Assembly: GCF_009834535.1 (NCBI RefSeq) | Contig: NC_045698.1 | Coordinates: 12,092,001-12,156,000, forward strand | Reading direction: 5' to 3' | Length of the DNA stretch: 64,000 nt | Source: Camelus ferus | Lineage: Eukaryota | Shown: piece after piece, positions 11,612 to 26,067 of the stretch | How positions within the stretch are numbered: position 1 is the stretch's first letter | How the letters are laid out: each line of letters begins with the position of its first letter | Program-made: the position numbers and the translations under genes | Notes under the pieces: generated by a model | The model's database searches: none | The model's input: only the letters and a program-made list of their open reading frames with translations | What the model was told of the DNA's origin: nothing

Positions 11612-13282
11612 CTGCGTTTACACATCGTCCTGATCTATCGAGGACTGGACAATAAGTCACATGGTCACCCTACGAAAGATTCAAACAAATACACGACACA
11701 GGGAAGCCCTGTCTAACTTGTTTCAAGTGTCCAAAATATCAAACAGACCGAGCACTGAGTAATTCTGCCGTCCTGGGAGGGCCATTTATCAGATGGCCAG
11801 GATCAAGTGTCCTTTATCAGTGTCCTAAAGCCACTCTGGTCAGCGGGGCTGACCCAGGGTCACCCTGTCTATGAACACGCCCCTCCAAGAACATGGGTGA
11901 GCGCCTCCCCACACAAACATTCCCTTAACACCAGGGACACCACATCCAGTAGTCATCCCAGGAAAACATCACCTGCTTTTCTTATTTGATGCCAAAATGT
12001 TCAAAAAGCCACAGAATATCCAGAACTGGATGTGGACTCTTTTTGTCACAGTTTCCACAGATACATTCAGGCGGCAGGACAGTGGTGACACACACGGGTG
12101 TCTGTCCCTATGAAAGGCAACACTGGACAGGTCATTCAAAGCTGGAGGTTATAATCCTGCTTGGTGTGGCTGCCCTGACCAACACAGGGTGGGAAATGTT
12201 TTCAAAGCCTGATCTTAAAAAGAAAAAAAGTGCGTGTGGCGTGTCCAGGCAATGTCCTTCTAATTGCTGGCAGGGGAGGGGAGAATGGAGGCTGAAACTC
12301 CCAGTGCTGGGGAGCCACGACCCTCGACACTCTGCCGCCAGACCTGAGACCAGGACAAAGAGAAGCAAACATCCAGGCAGCAGCGTTCTGTGTCGGAGGC
12401 GCCTGCCCCGGGCCCACACGCCAGCGGCCACTGTCCAGCTGGATTCTGATTGGCAGGGCCACCTCCGAGCCGGCGACTGTGTTGTACCATCCAGGCAGGA
12501 AAGCCTTTTCGGGTTCTTTCCCATGGGTCCAATTAGAAGAGAAAACAGAGGTGGAGATGGAAATATAAAGAGACGAGATGTCTGCGCAACAGGGCATGAA
12601 GCAGGAGAGAGGACCGGCAGCTGCTCCATGGGCCCCTGTCTTCAAAATTCCCCAGATTGTGTTTCTGGAACATTCCAAAGCGAGAGTAAACCTGGGATGA
12701 GAATGACTCTCTCTTCAGGGTCCCCCGCCTCCAGCCCCAGGTCCTGAGACCTCCAGGCTCCCGCAGCAGGGTGTGAGGGGCCGGCCAGAGTGTCCGCTCT
12801 CCGCTCAGACAGAGGGGTGGGACACGCCGGCAGGAGAGCTGCTCCCACTGGAACCATCCGTCCTGTTCAGGTGGACTAGTGGGACCTGCCCTCCGAGGTG
12901 CAAGCGAATTCACAAATCAGGCCTCCATCACCTATGAACGTACTTTTATTTGAAATAATACTTCAGTGCCTTCTTGTGTTACATTTTGCAATTTTCAAAA
13001 TAACTTTCAGTATATAGCACCAACAAGGAGTAAGAAAAAATGTAATAGGACATTTTTAAGTGGGAAATTGTGATTCTGAAAAGGAACCGCAGGGCAGGGC
13101 CAGTGGCCTGAGCACGTTCACGGCGGGGGCACCGCAGACGGGGGGTGGCGTGTCCACAGGCCTGACTGCTGCTCTTACTGCTCTTGACAGAGGGGCCAAC
13201 TGAAGCTCAGAAAGATTAAGTCCCTTAACTGGGTTCATCTTGCTAGAAGCTAGCTCACCTCTAGTTCACCCCTCCTCCTTAG

Positions 13283-13283
<1 letters not shown>

Positions 13284-13313
<30 letters not shown>
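13284..13313. repeat. (CA)15 microsatellite
   Basis: Read directly. Confidence 0.95.
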
Positions 13314-13315
<2 letters not shown>

Positions 13316-16300
13316 CATATACTTGCCTGCCTCCGTGAGCATTTATTTCTACTCTATCTCAGGCTAAAAAGCAAGAGAGAACCTAAATGTCTACTATAGC
13401 ACAGAACAAAAATTAAAAGATAAGGAAATTGGCAAAGGGAAAATAAAGAACAGATGGTTACTCGGGTTTAAGGTTAGCCCACAAGAACTCAAACCGAGTT
13501 GCAATGCAAGAGGACGGCTGTAAATTTGGTCTGAGGTGACCTCTTGAGGGTCAGAGCCTCCTACATCCTCATCAGGAAGACCCCTCTTCACCCCGATGAG
13601 AGAAGAAGACAGACCAACAGTGAACATTCCTTGTCTTCTTACTATGAAAGGAATCAATCCGTGAAACAGAGCCGGCAAGTAAGGGAGCAGCAAATGTCAC
13701 AGGCGACCCCCCAGCTCCCTCTGAGAGCCGCAGCGATGATCTGTGAAAGGTGAACCTCGGAGGGTGTCTATTTGTTTTTAATGCTTTTCACTGTTTGCCA
13801 AAAAGGAGCTCTAAGACAGGAAGCCAGGTGATTGGAAGTGTTACAGGGAGGAGCCAAGCACAGCCCGGTGATCACCCACGCTGTGAAATCTCGTGGGTAG
13901 CTAGAAGGTGCCGGCTTCGCCCGCCGGTCTGCCCACTCCCCTGCCCCTGCGGGCACCCAGCACGGTGGCAGGGACAGCCCGACGACGCTCTAATTAAACA
14001 AGGGAGACAAAGCCATCCCCCCACTGCGCGGCCCTAACCAGCCTCCAACGGAAAACACACGTCCTCCTGGGAATCCCACCCGAGAGTTTCAGGGCCAAAC
14101 TAACTCTCCAAACAACAGGCGACACCCGTGAAAAACAGTGCAGGGAACAAGGGACAGGGTAACAGCAGATGTAATGAGCGGAGGGGACAGTTCCTCATTA
14201 AGCGCCCCCAATGCGCCACTCAACTTCTGTGTTTATTACATTCAAGGCTGAACATCAACAATAAAAGAAAATGCCTCAACCACAAACCAGTCAACAAGCA
14301 CAGGGAGTCTTGGACAGAGGAGGATCCACATTTCAATCAGATGAGAAGGGACTTCAAGGTAAAACTGCTTACAGATGACAGAGACATGTCTTCAGTTCCT
14401 CAGTTACCTGTTAACAGGTCTTTTAAAAGTGACCCCAACTCTGCAGGCGTCTACATCAGAACTTCGAATCTGGCTATTCTGATAAAGGAGAATGGGGGTT
14501 CCTTGGCAAAAGGCATTTTTTTGAAAAGCTTGGCAAAGGCACAAGAGTGAGTCAAGACAATGTCCCGGGGACAGTGGGCACACTCAGTAACCACATAGCC
14601 CTGAAAACCAGTCTCCTTGGCCAGCAGTGATCAGACTTGTCACCCCACTGCTTTCCCAGCACTAACCTTGATTCCTACTTGTATATTCGTTGGTGTGTTC
14701 ATTTGTTTCTCATTTGCTCCTCCTGACGCCAAATCGTAAGCTCCACGTGAGGTCACTACCTGGCCAATTGCAGGTGCTGGATAAATGCGTCTTTGATTGT
14801 TGCTCATTCCATATTTGTTGGATGAATGAGTCAATTAATGTAATTAAATAATCATGCATGTAATTAACGTACTCCTTAATCATGAGCTCCCTACAGCACA
14901 CTATCAGAACAGCAACAGCTTGCCAAAACGGAAAAAAATCACACACACGTGGGGAGCATGAAAATGTCTATAGTTTTTGGAGAACTTTTGAGAAGCAAAA
15001 ACTTCTCATAACATGGATGGCCCTTGGACCTTGGCTTAGGTTAATTTGTATCTCTTTGAGGGAAGTCAGTCTGGCTCTCCGAACTTGCCACTGTGCTAAA
15101 TAAAGCCCTGTTGCAATGATGTGGTTAATCAGGTCAAGGAGGATGGTGCTCTGGCCAATGCAGGCGCCTCATCCCCGGAGGGTGGTTCAGGTCTAAGCCA
15201 CCATGTTCACACCCACAGCCAATATGTGCCTGGGCTTCTTTCTAGACATCTGGGAGTCCCTCTAACTAGAAGCCAAAGATCATCACTGATATTCCGGGGA
15301 CGATACCCAAGAAGGGTTCTTTTGTTAACAGCCACGCTTTTGAACGCCGCAGGCACGTGGCAAGCAATCACGGGCTCACAAAGCCTTAAGACCTACACCT
15401 GTCTGCACCAGCCGAGCTCCTAGGGGCAACATTAGAGCTGAAATCTTCAGTGATGTTATTAAAAGTCATAATTTCTAATGGAAATTATCGGTTTCCACTT
15501 TGATAAATGAAAGCTAGCATTCACTAACACATGTGGGTTAAAGAAACAGGAGAGCAGTTTACAGATCATGTGTTCCATTTCCACTGGATTATATTTGTTT
15601 TAATCTATTCTAATGAACTTAGAATTTGAGCCAAAAGTGAAACTCTATTGTAAATATCTTTAAATATTTAGATATCATTTATAAGAAAATGGTTAAAAGT
15701 TTATAGGTACCACTTTTTCATAAACTATGATAGTAAACTGGTTAAAGTCCCTCACTAAAACTTTCTGACATTACACACGACATAACAAGGCAAACTGTTG
15801 TTTTTAATTTACCCCAGTGGTATGTGGAAGTAAAATTCATAAAATGTACATGTACCAAGAAAATATATATTCATTTCTAAAAAGATGAGTCAATAGATGA
15901 AGTAAGGTTTCCACACGACAGTCAATACCCCAAGATATACCTATTCACAGTACGGGAATTGAACCGCAGGAGGAATTTCAGATAACGTCCCTTCCTCCAG
16001 CTTATGAGCCATTTCCTCCACTCACAAAGATGGATTTGGATTTTATGCAACTCAAGAGCAACTGAGCCCAAAATGAGAGTCCACAAGGCCCTCTTCTGAC
16101 TCCTGGTGACATTCCCCTCTCAGGGGACTGGGGCTGGACAAGTCTGCAGCAGCTGTGGTCCCCTGTTCTAAACCCTGCTGTTTGGATAGCTTTGGTCTTA
16201 CTTTTACACTTTATTTCCCATGAAAGCCTGAATTCTTTTAAACACTGGGTGCCTGCATGTTTTTAGTTTGTGAACACCCTGTGTTACACGTACCAGCGAC

Positions 16301-16721
16301 AGGCGAGCTGGAAGAGACGAAGTCAACAGCTCCTTCCAAAAAAGTTTATTAACAGCGAAAGAGCCCTTAAGCTGTGTTTGATAACAAATGTAACTATTAA
16401 AGTGACCATGTGGATGTTATTTTAACAGGTCTTGGTGGTATTTTAGCAAACTTATCAATCTGTAGTTCAGGAGCATATAAAAATATTTCCTTTTAATAAT
16501 GAATGCATTTCCAAGTGACAAGAATTCTCCCTATGAAAGGTCTCCCAGGATGGAGTTACTCTCATTGTTTGAAAGAAGGTGGTGTTCTGTAAGTTGGATG
16601 GTAAACATCTTGTTTTGAGTAGATGTGGTCAAACATAAGCTATTACTCCTGAGAGTGGGAGAAAGTCTCCTTTTGTCAAAGCGACTGTTACAACCTCTGG
16701 TTCATTTGACAGAAGGTAAGA

Positions 16722-17522
16722 AGAATGGCCATCATTAAAAAGTCCACAAATGATAAATGCTGGAGAGGGTGTGGAGAAAAGGGAACCCTCCTGCCCTGCT
16801 GGTAAGAATGCAGTTTGGTGCAGCCATAATGAAAAGCATATGGAGATTCCATAAAAACTAAAACTAGAGTTACCCTATGATCCAACAATCCCACTCCTGG
16901 GCATATATCTGGAGAAAGCTCAAATTCAAAAAGATACATGCACCCCAGTGTTCAAAGCAGCACTATTTACAATAGCCAAGACATGGAAACAACCTAAATG
17001 TCCATTGACAGATGACTGGATAAAGAAGTTGTCATATAGGTATACAATGGAATACTATTCAGCCATAAAAAATACAATAAAATGGTGCCATTTGCAGCAA
17101 CATGGATGGACCTGGAGATCGTCATACTATGTGAAATAAGCCAGAAAGAGAAAGAAAAATATCCTATGATATCACTTATATATGGACTCTAAAAAAAATG
17201 ACTCAAATGAACTTATTTACAAAACAGGAACAGACTCACAGATATAGAAAACAAACTTATGGTTACCAGTGGGGGAACGGGGTGGGAAGGGATAAATTGG
17301 GAGTTTGGGATTTGCAGATACTAACTGCTATATATAAAATAGACAAACAACAAGGTCCTACTGTGGAGCACAGGGAACTATATTCAATATCTTATAATTG
17401 CCTATAATGAAAAAGAATATGAATAGGAATATATATATGTATGTATCACTGAATCACTATACTGTACACCAGAAACTAACACAACATTGTAAACTGACTA
17501 TACTTCAATGAAAAAAAAAAAA
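16722..17522 (+). mobile_element. L1 3'-end fragment (end of ORF2, 3'UTR, poly-A)
   Basis: Colinear with 5940-6734 of the large L1; ORF2 C-terminal motif [16 protein letters not shown]; poly-A at 17511-17522. Confidence 0.95.
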
Positions 17523-18839
17523 GAAGAAGAAGGGAGAGTGCAGTCTGGAGCACATGCCTGAAGCTCAAAGTGAGCTAGCAGTTTCTGAGGGGCCTGGCAA
17601 TTCCTGGAGAGATCTAGACCCTCAAGATCCCCAAAGACTTGGTTAGATCAACTCAGTAGTGTCTCCATGCAGGCCTGTAAAATACGCGGGGCGAGCCTGC
17701 CCTCGGGAAGACCATGACTCCGCCTTCCTAAGCCTCCCCGTGCTCACTGCTCTGACGCTGGGCGCTGTGCAGCTTTTAAAGGGGCTGCGTTGTCACCAGC
17801 TCACTGTGGGGCCTTGGGACGCAGCTTCTTCATCTACAAAACGAAGTGGTTAAACTGGAGTGAAGATTCCCAGCCTTTTGCTTCATCCACCATCAACAGG
17901 AAAGGTTTTAGCTGCTAACAAAATAAACAGCACGGCGGACTCGGTCAGACCTAGTGCAACTTGAACACAGAGATAAACCTCTTCACCAGCTGTTTGAAGT
18001 ACTGAAAGCAGATCAGGACCTCCAAAGAACCAGGAAGCTCGGGGTCCTAGATGATTTTCCTTTTACTGTTAGGGTCCTCGGTGACTTTCACAGATTCATG
18101 CTATGGCTGACACCTGCTGGTCTGGATGCCCATCCAGGGGCTCAGTGCCACGCAGATCAGCAAAACAAACAAAAGTGCCAGTGTGGCTTTTTGGAAGCCG
18201 ACCAGCTGACAGCAGCACCTACGTAGCATTCAGCTCCAAACCAGACCTAGAATGTAAACAGTGACACTCCTGACACGATGCATCCTGGCCTGTGACAAGT
18301 CAGGACACTATTCGTTCTGAGCACTGTGCTAATGAGGTCAAGGAATGAATTCTCTCGGCCTTTCAGTTCAATTAAGCCCAGCCCAGCCTAGGATTGCAAG
18401 TTCCCGCACAGGCAGGTCAGCTGCCGGGCCTGCCACCCACCCCACAGGGCACGACTCAGCCAAGCCCATGGGAGCCAGCCAGGGCAGCCTCCCTGCACGA
18501 TTCCTGGGGGTGCCACTCACGCACCTGTCTGTGCAAGTACCCCGTGGAGGCACGCGGAAGCCCTGTGTTCAGTTCCACCCACCTAGAGAATGGACCACCA
18601 GAGTCACAGGCAGCTTTTACCGGGCAAGTAGGCAAGCAAGGCAAAAAGAAATGCTTCAAGCTTGCCCTGAAGATCTAAAGCGCGAGCTATAATGACACAG
18701 CAGACAGGCCGACTCCTCACCTAAGTACTGGCAGTCATAAACCAATAGCTGGACCAACTACAGACCATCCACAAGAGACTGGGCACTGGGAGGATAGCCA
18801 TCTGCTCAAAGGCAGCGCTGGAAGCAAGCGAGAAAGGAG

Positions 18840-19000
18840 GGTGAGGCTTCAAAATTCAAGGGAAAATTACTCCCAGCCCAGAATTCTAAACCAAGCCAAG
18901 CCAGCAATCAACTGGCAGGGTGGGATAAAGATATTTTCTGCACCCAAGTTCTCAAAACATGTACTTCCTCTGCACTCTCCCAGCGCTGGCGGCTGTGCTC
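18840..19000 (+). mobile_element. Ancient L1/HAL1 ORF1-like relic
   Basis: Translation ENYSQPRILNQAKPAINWQGGIKIFS resembles the L1 ORF1p C-terminal motif QPRILYPAKLSF..EGEIKTF. Confidence 0.6.
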
Positions 19001-22000
19001 TCTCAAGACGGAAGAGTTCACCGAGAGAGTCCAGTAACAGAGAGAGCAGGCAGATGTGACAGCCGTAGAGCAAACACAGGAAAACCTTAAACCATCGCGA
19101 ATCATCTCCAGGAGGAGAAACGGGGGAGCTCCCTGTTCAGGCAGCTGACTTTCCTGACCCCGTTCTCAGCAGGGGTCCAGGGACCGAGGCCCCCACACCC
19201 GGGAGAGGGATGACGACGCAGGCGTTCTGCGGGGATGGCAGGCCCAGGGGACAATCACACTAGACCAGAACAAGGGGGTGAGGACTCCAAGAGGGATGGC
19301 TCCCGGGGAAAGAGAGACACTGAAATGTGGGCCTGACAGGTTTGACCTTTATTGAAAGGAGCTTTCCAGAAATGCTAGAGTTAAAAAGATCAAATAGAAA
19401 AAAATGCTAAGAGTAACAGCAAAAAAGAGCTGTACAAGAAAGGGACTGTAAACGTGGGACCCTCCTTAGCTCCTGGATGAACGATGCTTACTTCATGACT
19501 GAACCCCAAATTGTGACAGCATTAGAGCAGACAGAGGAGGAGAAGGATGTGTAATGTGAATTGGATGGGCGGGAAAAAATGATGATTGCTAAATCAAGAA
19601 GCGGCATTTTAAAAAATTTTGCAATCATGTGTGGCAATGGGTGTTGACTAGATTTATTGGGGTGATCATTCTGCAGTATCTACAGATACCGTCACTCTGT
19701 TGCACACCTGAAACCAATACATGTCAGTTATACCTCAAAAAACTTTAAGAATGTAAATGTAAAATAAATGTAAAAAAAGGCACTTTAAGGATATTATTCA
19801 GAAAAGCTTAAACAGAGCCATAAGCAGAAAGTTTAACAACAGCTGCCCTGAGAAACAGGACTGGGAAGCGGGGAGACGTGGGATAAGAGACTGCTCTGTT
19901 TTCATTAAAAGTCTGGCAGAATTCACTGATCTAAGGGAGAGAGAAGAGAAAGGCGATGTTTTATTTTCATGTATAGTGTTCTCCACATTATGTACTATAC
20001 ATTCTGCAGTCGTAGCTTCATTTTTTTCTTTGACCAAAGTGGTATGCAACAAAGTTTTAGTAAGTTCTAAGAATGAGGAAAACAAACAGGCAGAAAAGTA
20101 AAATATCTTCAAATTGTACAAGGTGCCATGAAAGATACAGGCAGATCTGAAACTGAAATTGATGCACAGGACCCACTGTGGGCGGGTGGGGGACGACCCC
20201 ACTAAGGAGGTGCCTGTGAGACTGACGGCAGCAAAGGGGCCTTGGAGGAGACGATGCGAAGAGACAGAGCCTGGAGGTGGAAGGAGGGGCCTCAAGAGGC
20301 CAGAAAAAGCTGCAAACAGGGCTGGATGGCTTTAGCAATGAGCCAGAAGAGGGGCAGGATGGTCTGGGCTCTCCTGACACCCTCCTGTGCGCCTTCCATA
20401 AAGACACCACCATCTGGGCCAGCCCAACAGCCCAACCCCACCCAGGGAAGGGCAGAAGTGCTCCTTCAAAACGAGATGTCATTTTCCCAGATGCTAAATT
20501 GACCCAGGCTCACATCCAAGCTACACTTCTTTCAGGTACACACTGTTCTACACCAGCGAGCGAGCTGGCAGCCAGCACAATGGGCAAGAGTCCACATGGC
20601 ATTTTAACCGAAGAGAAAGAGCCATCCCATGTCAAAAGGGCCGACACAAAGGGAACTGAGCTATGATGAAGTGGGACCGCTTGACAGCTCGGAGAAACGC
20701 ACACCCAGCTTTGGTCACTAACGCCTACAACGGCAAACACCGGCGGCAGGGCAGAGCTGTGGCTGGGGTCGAAATCTGACTTGTAAAAATTAACTTCTTT
20801 TCACAATAAAAGAAAATATAATCACTATTTTTGTTATTTGAATATATTATATATATTATATATTAAATTCAATAAAACAAAGCAGCTCTATCCAGCTATG
20901 TGGGAGGCAGCAGATGTTTTAATTTGAGAAGTAAATTAACTTTGTCCTCCAGAAGACCGAGGGGCTAAGTCCTATAAAATCACGCTCTCATTCTATGGTG
21001 CAACCTCCCTCTGCAGGAGAGTCTAGTTTCCTGGGGGAAGGACATACAGGGGCCTGGCCCAGCTCTGCCACAACCTGTCATCTGGGGGCAAGTGACTCAA
21101 TCACCCTGAGCCTCAATAGCCCCCTCTGCACAATGGGGGCAACAATCCCCACTGGGTGTGTGAGAACCACATAATAACTCCCTCGAGTGCCCAGCAAAGC
21201 AGGAGCCCAATAAACAGTCATTGTTAAAACAGCGGTCACTGCAGGAATCACGAAATGAAATCACAGGAAGTGTGCCCCAAAATTTGTCAAAAGAGGATTG
21301 GCCTGTTATATTTGACAGCCAACACAGTTTATCTAGAAACCCAGGGGGCCCACATGGCCACAGCGTGGGTGAGCTCTGTGTCATCTGAGTGTCTCTCTCC
21401 AGTGGAAGGTTCAGCCCACGTGTGGCAAGGACGGAGGTCCTTTGCCCCGTGGATTCCAGCTCTTTCTCCGGTTCTAAGATGCCATCCGGAGCACGCAAGT
21501 GGCCCCAACTCACTTAACCTGTTTTCACTTAGGGAGGGCTGCCTTCATCCCCGAGACAAAAATACTTCCTTCCCAAATAAACTGAAAGCAGCAGAGAACA
21601 AAGAACCCTGGAAACACCTACGAGCTGTATGCTTCCAAAAGCATGTCTGTAATGACATGTGGAAACATGGACACATGTGATCTCGCTTCTTTAGCAAATG
21701 GGAAGCTTCCCCCAAAATATTTACTGTTAAACTCATACAGTTTGGGGGGGGGCAGACCATAGTACTAAATGTGATACTATTCCATAAAAATATGCATCTT
21801 GAAAAATAACTGGTCTATGAAGACAAAGCTGTAAGCATGGGACCCTGACACAGATGTATTCACTGAAGAAATAGCCAAACATAAACCCAAGAATACAACG
21901 TAACAGAGCGTTTCCCCCCAGACATTTGTGATTTCCTGACCCTCTTCCCCAAGAAAGCAACAGCCTGCCTCGTCCTCCCGCGGCCTCCCCAGTCTCAGGA

Positions 22001-22413
22001 GATCATCCTCCCCCTTCTAAGGGAAATACACCTCCATGGGCAGGTGACTCCTGGCCACTTGTCCTCCAGGCGCACCCACCTTTCTCCCCGGCCCTCAGGT
22101 GTCAGAGGAGCCCATCCTCCCAGGACCCACCCAGGCATCTGCACGGTGGGGTTGGGGTGCAGAGAACGGCCTGGGATTGTACAGAAGGAGCGCACACAGA
22201 AACAACTAAAATGCAGCTTCTGACATTCAAAATCGGCCAGGTATTTCCTAAACTGCTTGAACTCCCACTGGCCAAGTCAGGAGCTGGCCTGAAGACCAAG
22301 TCCCAGAGGGGCCCAGGAGGACAGGGTGGGGAGTCTGGTCCTCCATGGAGCCTGAGTTATGCTGCTATAGCGGAAGGAGGCGGTGATGGGCTGGAAGGAA
22401 GGGAGCGTCCCTC

Positions 22414-22558
22414 TTTTGTTTTGGTTTGGTTTTTGGTGGGGGTGGGGTAGGAAGGTAACTAGCTTATTTATTTATTTTTTGTTTGATGGAGGGACTGGGG
22501 ATTGAACCCAGGACCTTGATTGCTAAGCACGTACTCTACCACTGAGCTATACCCTCCC
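22414..22558 (-). mobile_element. tRNA-derived SINE, Vic-1-like (camelid)
   Basis: Antisense GGGAGGGTATAGCTCAGTGGTAGAG..CTTAGC..GGTCCTGGGTTCAATCCCCAG (pol III A/B boxes), then AAATAAATAA, C-run and A-rich tail. Confidence 0.85.
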
Positions 22559-22989
22559 TACAGCGGAGAACCCGCTTCTGGAGTGGCTGGGAAAGCCAGC
22601 CCTGCAGACACCGCTCTCACAAAGGCCAGGAAGGAGCATCTGCTGGTCGTGTCTGCGCTTGGCCCTCAGGAACACCGCCCTCTGGGATTCGCCGTGCTCT
22701 GACTCCCTGCCAAAGGTGCTTTTGGTTGCCCACCTTGGTAATGTCAGCTCCCTCAACACTCTCCCTAGGCTCTGCTCTCACAAGACTCAGCAAGGCTCCC
22801 TCGGGAACTTCACCACCCTAAAGCCTGCATCTCCAACACACCCAAATCCGCACTTCACTCCAACCCATCCCCTGAGCCTCGGCCCATATACCCAACCCTG
22901 CAGAGACTTATAACTTCAGCTGACGGCCCATGGGTTCAGCATACCCCCCGGCCAAAATTGCCATATCACTCTCCTCCCCCACTGCCCCA

Positions 22990-23745
22990 ACCTGCTGTAA
23001 CCCCAGTGGCCCTCATATTGGTTAATACCAGACACCTGTCATTCACTCTCGGAAGCTGAGTCATTCCCCCACCTCTCACTCTCCTCCACCCAAGAAATTA
23101 CTCAATCCTCTCAATTTTACCTCCACAGTCTCCCTACCCCAATGCTTCTCCTCACCACCACGTGCTCCTGCAAAGGCGTCCTGCTCTGTCTCTGGCCCCA
23201 AGCTCTCGCTCCCCTAATCTATCCAGGGGGCTGAGGGAAAGCCAACAAGCAGAATTTGGCACACTCACTGCATGGAGTTCTAAGCTAAAAGTAATGGTGT
23301 TCCCCCCTTGTTCACCCAGCCCCTGCCACACTGGACTCCATGCTGTTCTGCAAACACCCCAAGCCCACTCACCCCAGGGCCTTTGCACATCCTGTTCCCT
23401 CAGCCTGGAACATTCCACTTCGGAGGTAGCTGCTTGGATCATTCCCTATCTTATTCTTCAGGCATCAGCTCATAGTCAGTCCTTTGAGAGGCCAGTACTG
23501 ACCACCCCAAAAAACAGCACCTCCTTGCCCCTCCCTGTCTCTTGTCCCTGCCTGAGTCTTCTCCAAAGCACCCAGCTTCTCCTACCATGTGTACGTGTTT
23601 GTTGTCTTTGTTTCACCACTCCCACAATGAGAATATAACCTCCATGAGAAAGGGATCTTACTCTTTCTTGTCCATCATTACATCTTTAGCACCAAGAACA
23701 GTGTTGGCCACGCAGTAGACAATAAATATTTGTTGAATTTTTGAA
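22990..23745 (+). mobile_element. L2 LINE 3' portion
   Basis: 'gggcctttgcacatcctgttccctcagcctggaac' ... 'ctccatgagaaaggga' ... 'aataaatatttgttgaat' (L2 3' terminus). Confidence 0.75.
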
Positions 23746-23786
23746 TGGAGGTCTTGGAAGAAAGGGACTAATATAACGGCACTTAT

Positions 23787-24274
23787 TTTCTTTTGAATTG
23801 AAGTACAGTCAGTTTACAATGGGTTAATTTCTGGTGGACAGCACAGTGACTCATGCACTCATTCATTTATATATATATATATGTATTCCTTTTCATATTC
23901 TTTTTCATTATAGGTTATTACATGGTATTAAATATAGTTCCCAGCGCTATACAGTAGGACCTTGTTGTTTATCTGCTTTATATATAGTAGTGTGTACTTA
24001 CAAACCCAGAACTGCCAATTTATCCCTCCCCACCCCTTTTCCCCCTGGTAACCATAAGTTTGTTTTCTATGTCTGTGAGTCTGTCTCTGTCTTGTAAATA
24101 AGTTCATTTATGTTCTCTTTCTTTTAGATTCCACATATAAGTGATATCGTATGGTATTTTTCCTTCTCTTTCTGGCTTCCTTCATTTAGTACGACGACCT
24201 CCAGGTCCGTCCATGTTGTTGTAAATTCTCAACAAAATATTAGCAAACAGAATCCAACAACACATTAAAAAGAT
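23787..24274 (-). mobile_element. 5'-inverted (twin-primed) L1 insertion
   Basis: Antisense L1 3'UTR 23787-24226 joined to a sense ORF2 piece 24223-24274; TSD ggcacttat at 23778-23786 and 24275-24283. Confidence 0.88.
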
Positions 24275-26067
24275 GGCACTTATATAAGGGTAATAAAGAC
24301 TGCTTATTTGATACAGTCCAAATTCCTTAGCACAGTCCAATAGTAAATTCTTCAGAAATTGGCCCCAAAGTTTCTTTCCAACCTCACTTGTGGCTACTCC
24401 TTCCAGCACATAAAACCCCCTGCCCCACCCCTCCCATCTCATCCTGCCCCTCCCCCTCTATTTCTCCATCTATACAAATGAATATTTATGAGCACTACTG
24501 TGTACTCTGTTCAAGTTTCCGTGAGTTAGCTGTGCACCTAGCACATAATAGCTACTCAATACATATTAGTTCTTTTCCTCTTTTTACATACTGATCATCC
24601 TGTCTTTCCCCAATCTCTATATCCCTGTTTCCTGCCTAAGGAAATCCTATTGGTTCATCTTGGCCCATCTGTGATAATTTAGTGCTCACAGCATAACCTT
24701 AGAATTATTTGCTTACTAATCTGTCCCTCTCACCAGGGATCAGAATGTGTCTTAGTCATCGCTGTATTCCCAGCAGCTAGTAATGATACACCTCATTTAT
24801 TTGTACTCATTTGGATCAATCAGGCAACTTAAAAACATTCATGCACAACAGGATAAAAAGGAAAAAAATAAGAGTAGCAAAGAGACTTTAAGGAAAAGTT
24901 ATTACTCAAATAATGTGGCCATAAAATCGTGCAAAATCACTGAAGTTGAGCTTTGTGGTTATCACACTAGAGAAGAAAACCTGATGGGTTTCTAGAATAA
25001 GCATTAATCTGTTAAAAACTGCCCTGTTTCTTAGGTCTTCAACCCGCAGTTTCTGGTGCTAAGGGGTAGAGAACAGCCTTCCGTGGGGACTCGTGAAAGA
25101 TTTCCTGTGTCTCAGAATGAACACGAGGCCACCACGCAAGAAACGTTTGCTGAGTATAAACATTGCCCACAACTATTTTGAATGAAGTGAAGCCTTTCTA
25201 TTTTGCAAGATCTTTCTAAACCAGCCCTACCCAACCCAGGCTAGGGGAGTAGCCTCTAGTCCAGCCCAGTTCACAAAACCTTTTCTGAGCATCTGCAATG
25301 TTTCAGATTCCACGCTGGTTCCAGGCATCCAAGAATAATCATCCATAGTCCCCACTCCCCGTCCTACACTCCTCGTTCCCACTCAGCATGAGGCAGGCGA
25401 GTCTCCCCAAGCTGACCACACCCAGTGCTCAGCCCCCATTTTCTTGGGTTTGTCTGATATGGGAAGCCCTCACTGCTAACTTTGCTTTTACAGCCACACC
25501 TTCTCTTTCAGGCCTATTCAGTAAGTTGCACAGAGCTTTCACCAACTATTCCCAACCCACCTGATACTCACTATTCCTAACCTGCAAAGCCCTGCAGAAT
25601 GCGGCACACAATTTGGAAGTCTGGTGTGTTGTTTGAATCAGTTTGCTGAACCAGCCATGTCTCCCAAAGCAGAGTGTTAAGGTCTGAGAGATAAGCACAG
25701 ACCTGGGACTTCTGGTCTACCAGCTGGGCCCAGCACCACGTGGGCCTGAAGCAGACACTCAGCCACGGCTCCTGAGGCCCAGATGGAGCTGAGATCAGGT
25801 GGGGAACGTGAGCTGAACAGGCTAACAGCCTGCAAAAGACCCCTCTCAACTCGGAAACAGCCCTCTCCCACCATCATTATTTTCTGGTGAAATCATTAAG
25901 TGAGATTCTGTAATATTGGAAAATGTAAGCCCTAATTGTTGGTTCCCACATCTGTCTTCTATTATTCTTTAGAATGATCAAGTTTGAAAAAAAAAAAAAA
26001 GAAAGAAAGAAACACTGAATTTGGGGAAAGAGGATGTGGCTCACGGCCCAGGCCTGTGACCCAGGTT

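Noticed and set aside
11986..12747. 253-aa ORF with several overlapping antisense ORFs
   Set aside because: No recognisable homology or exon structure; intronic; consistent with chance
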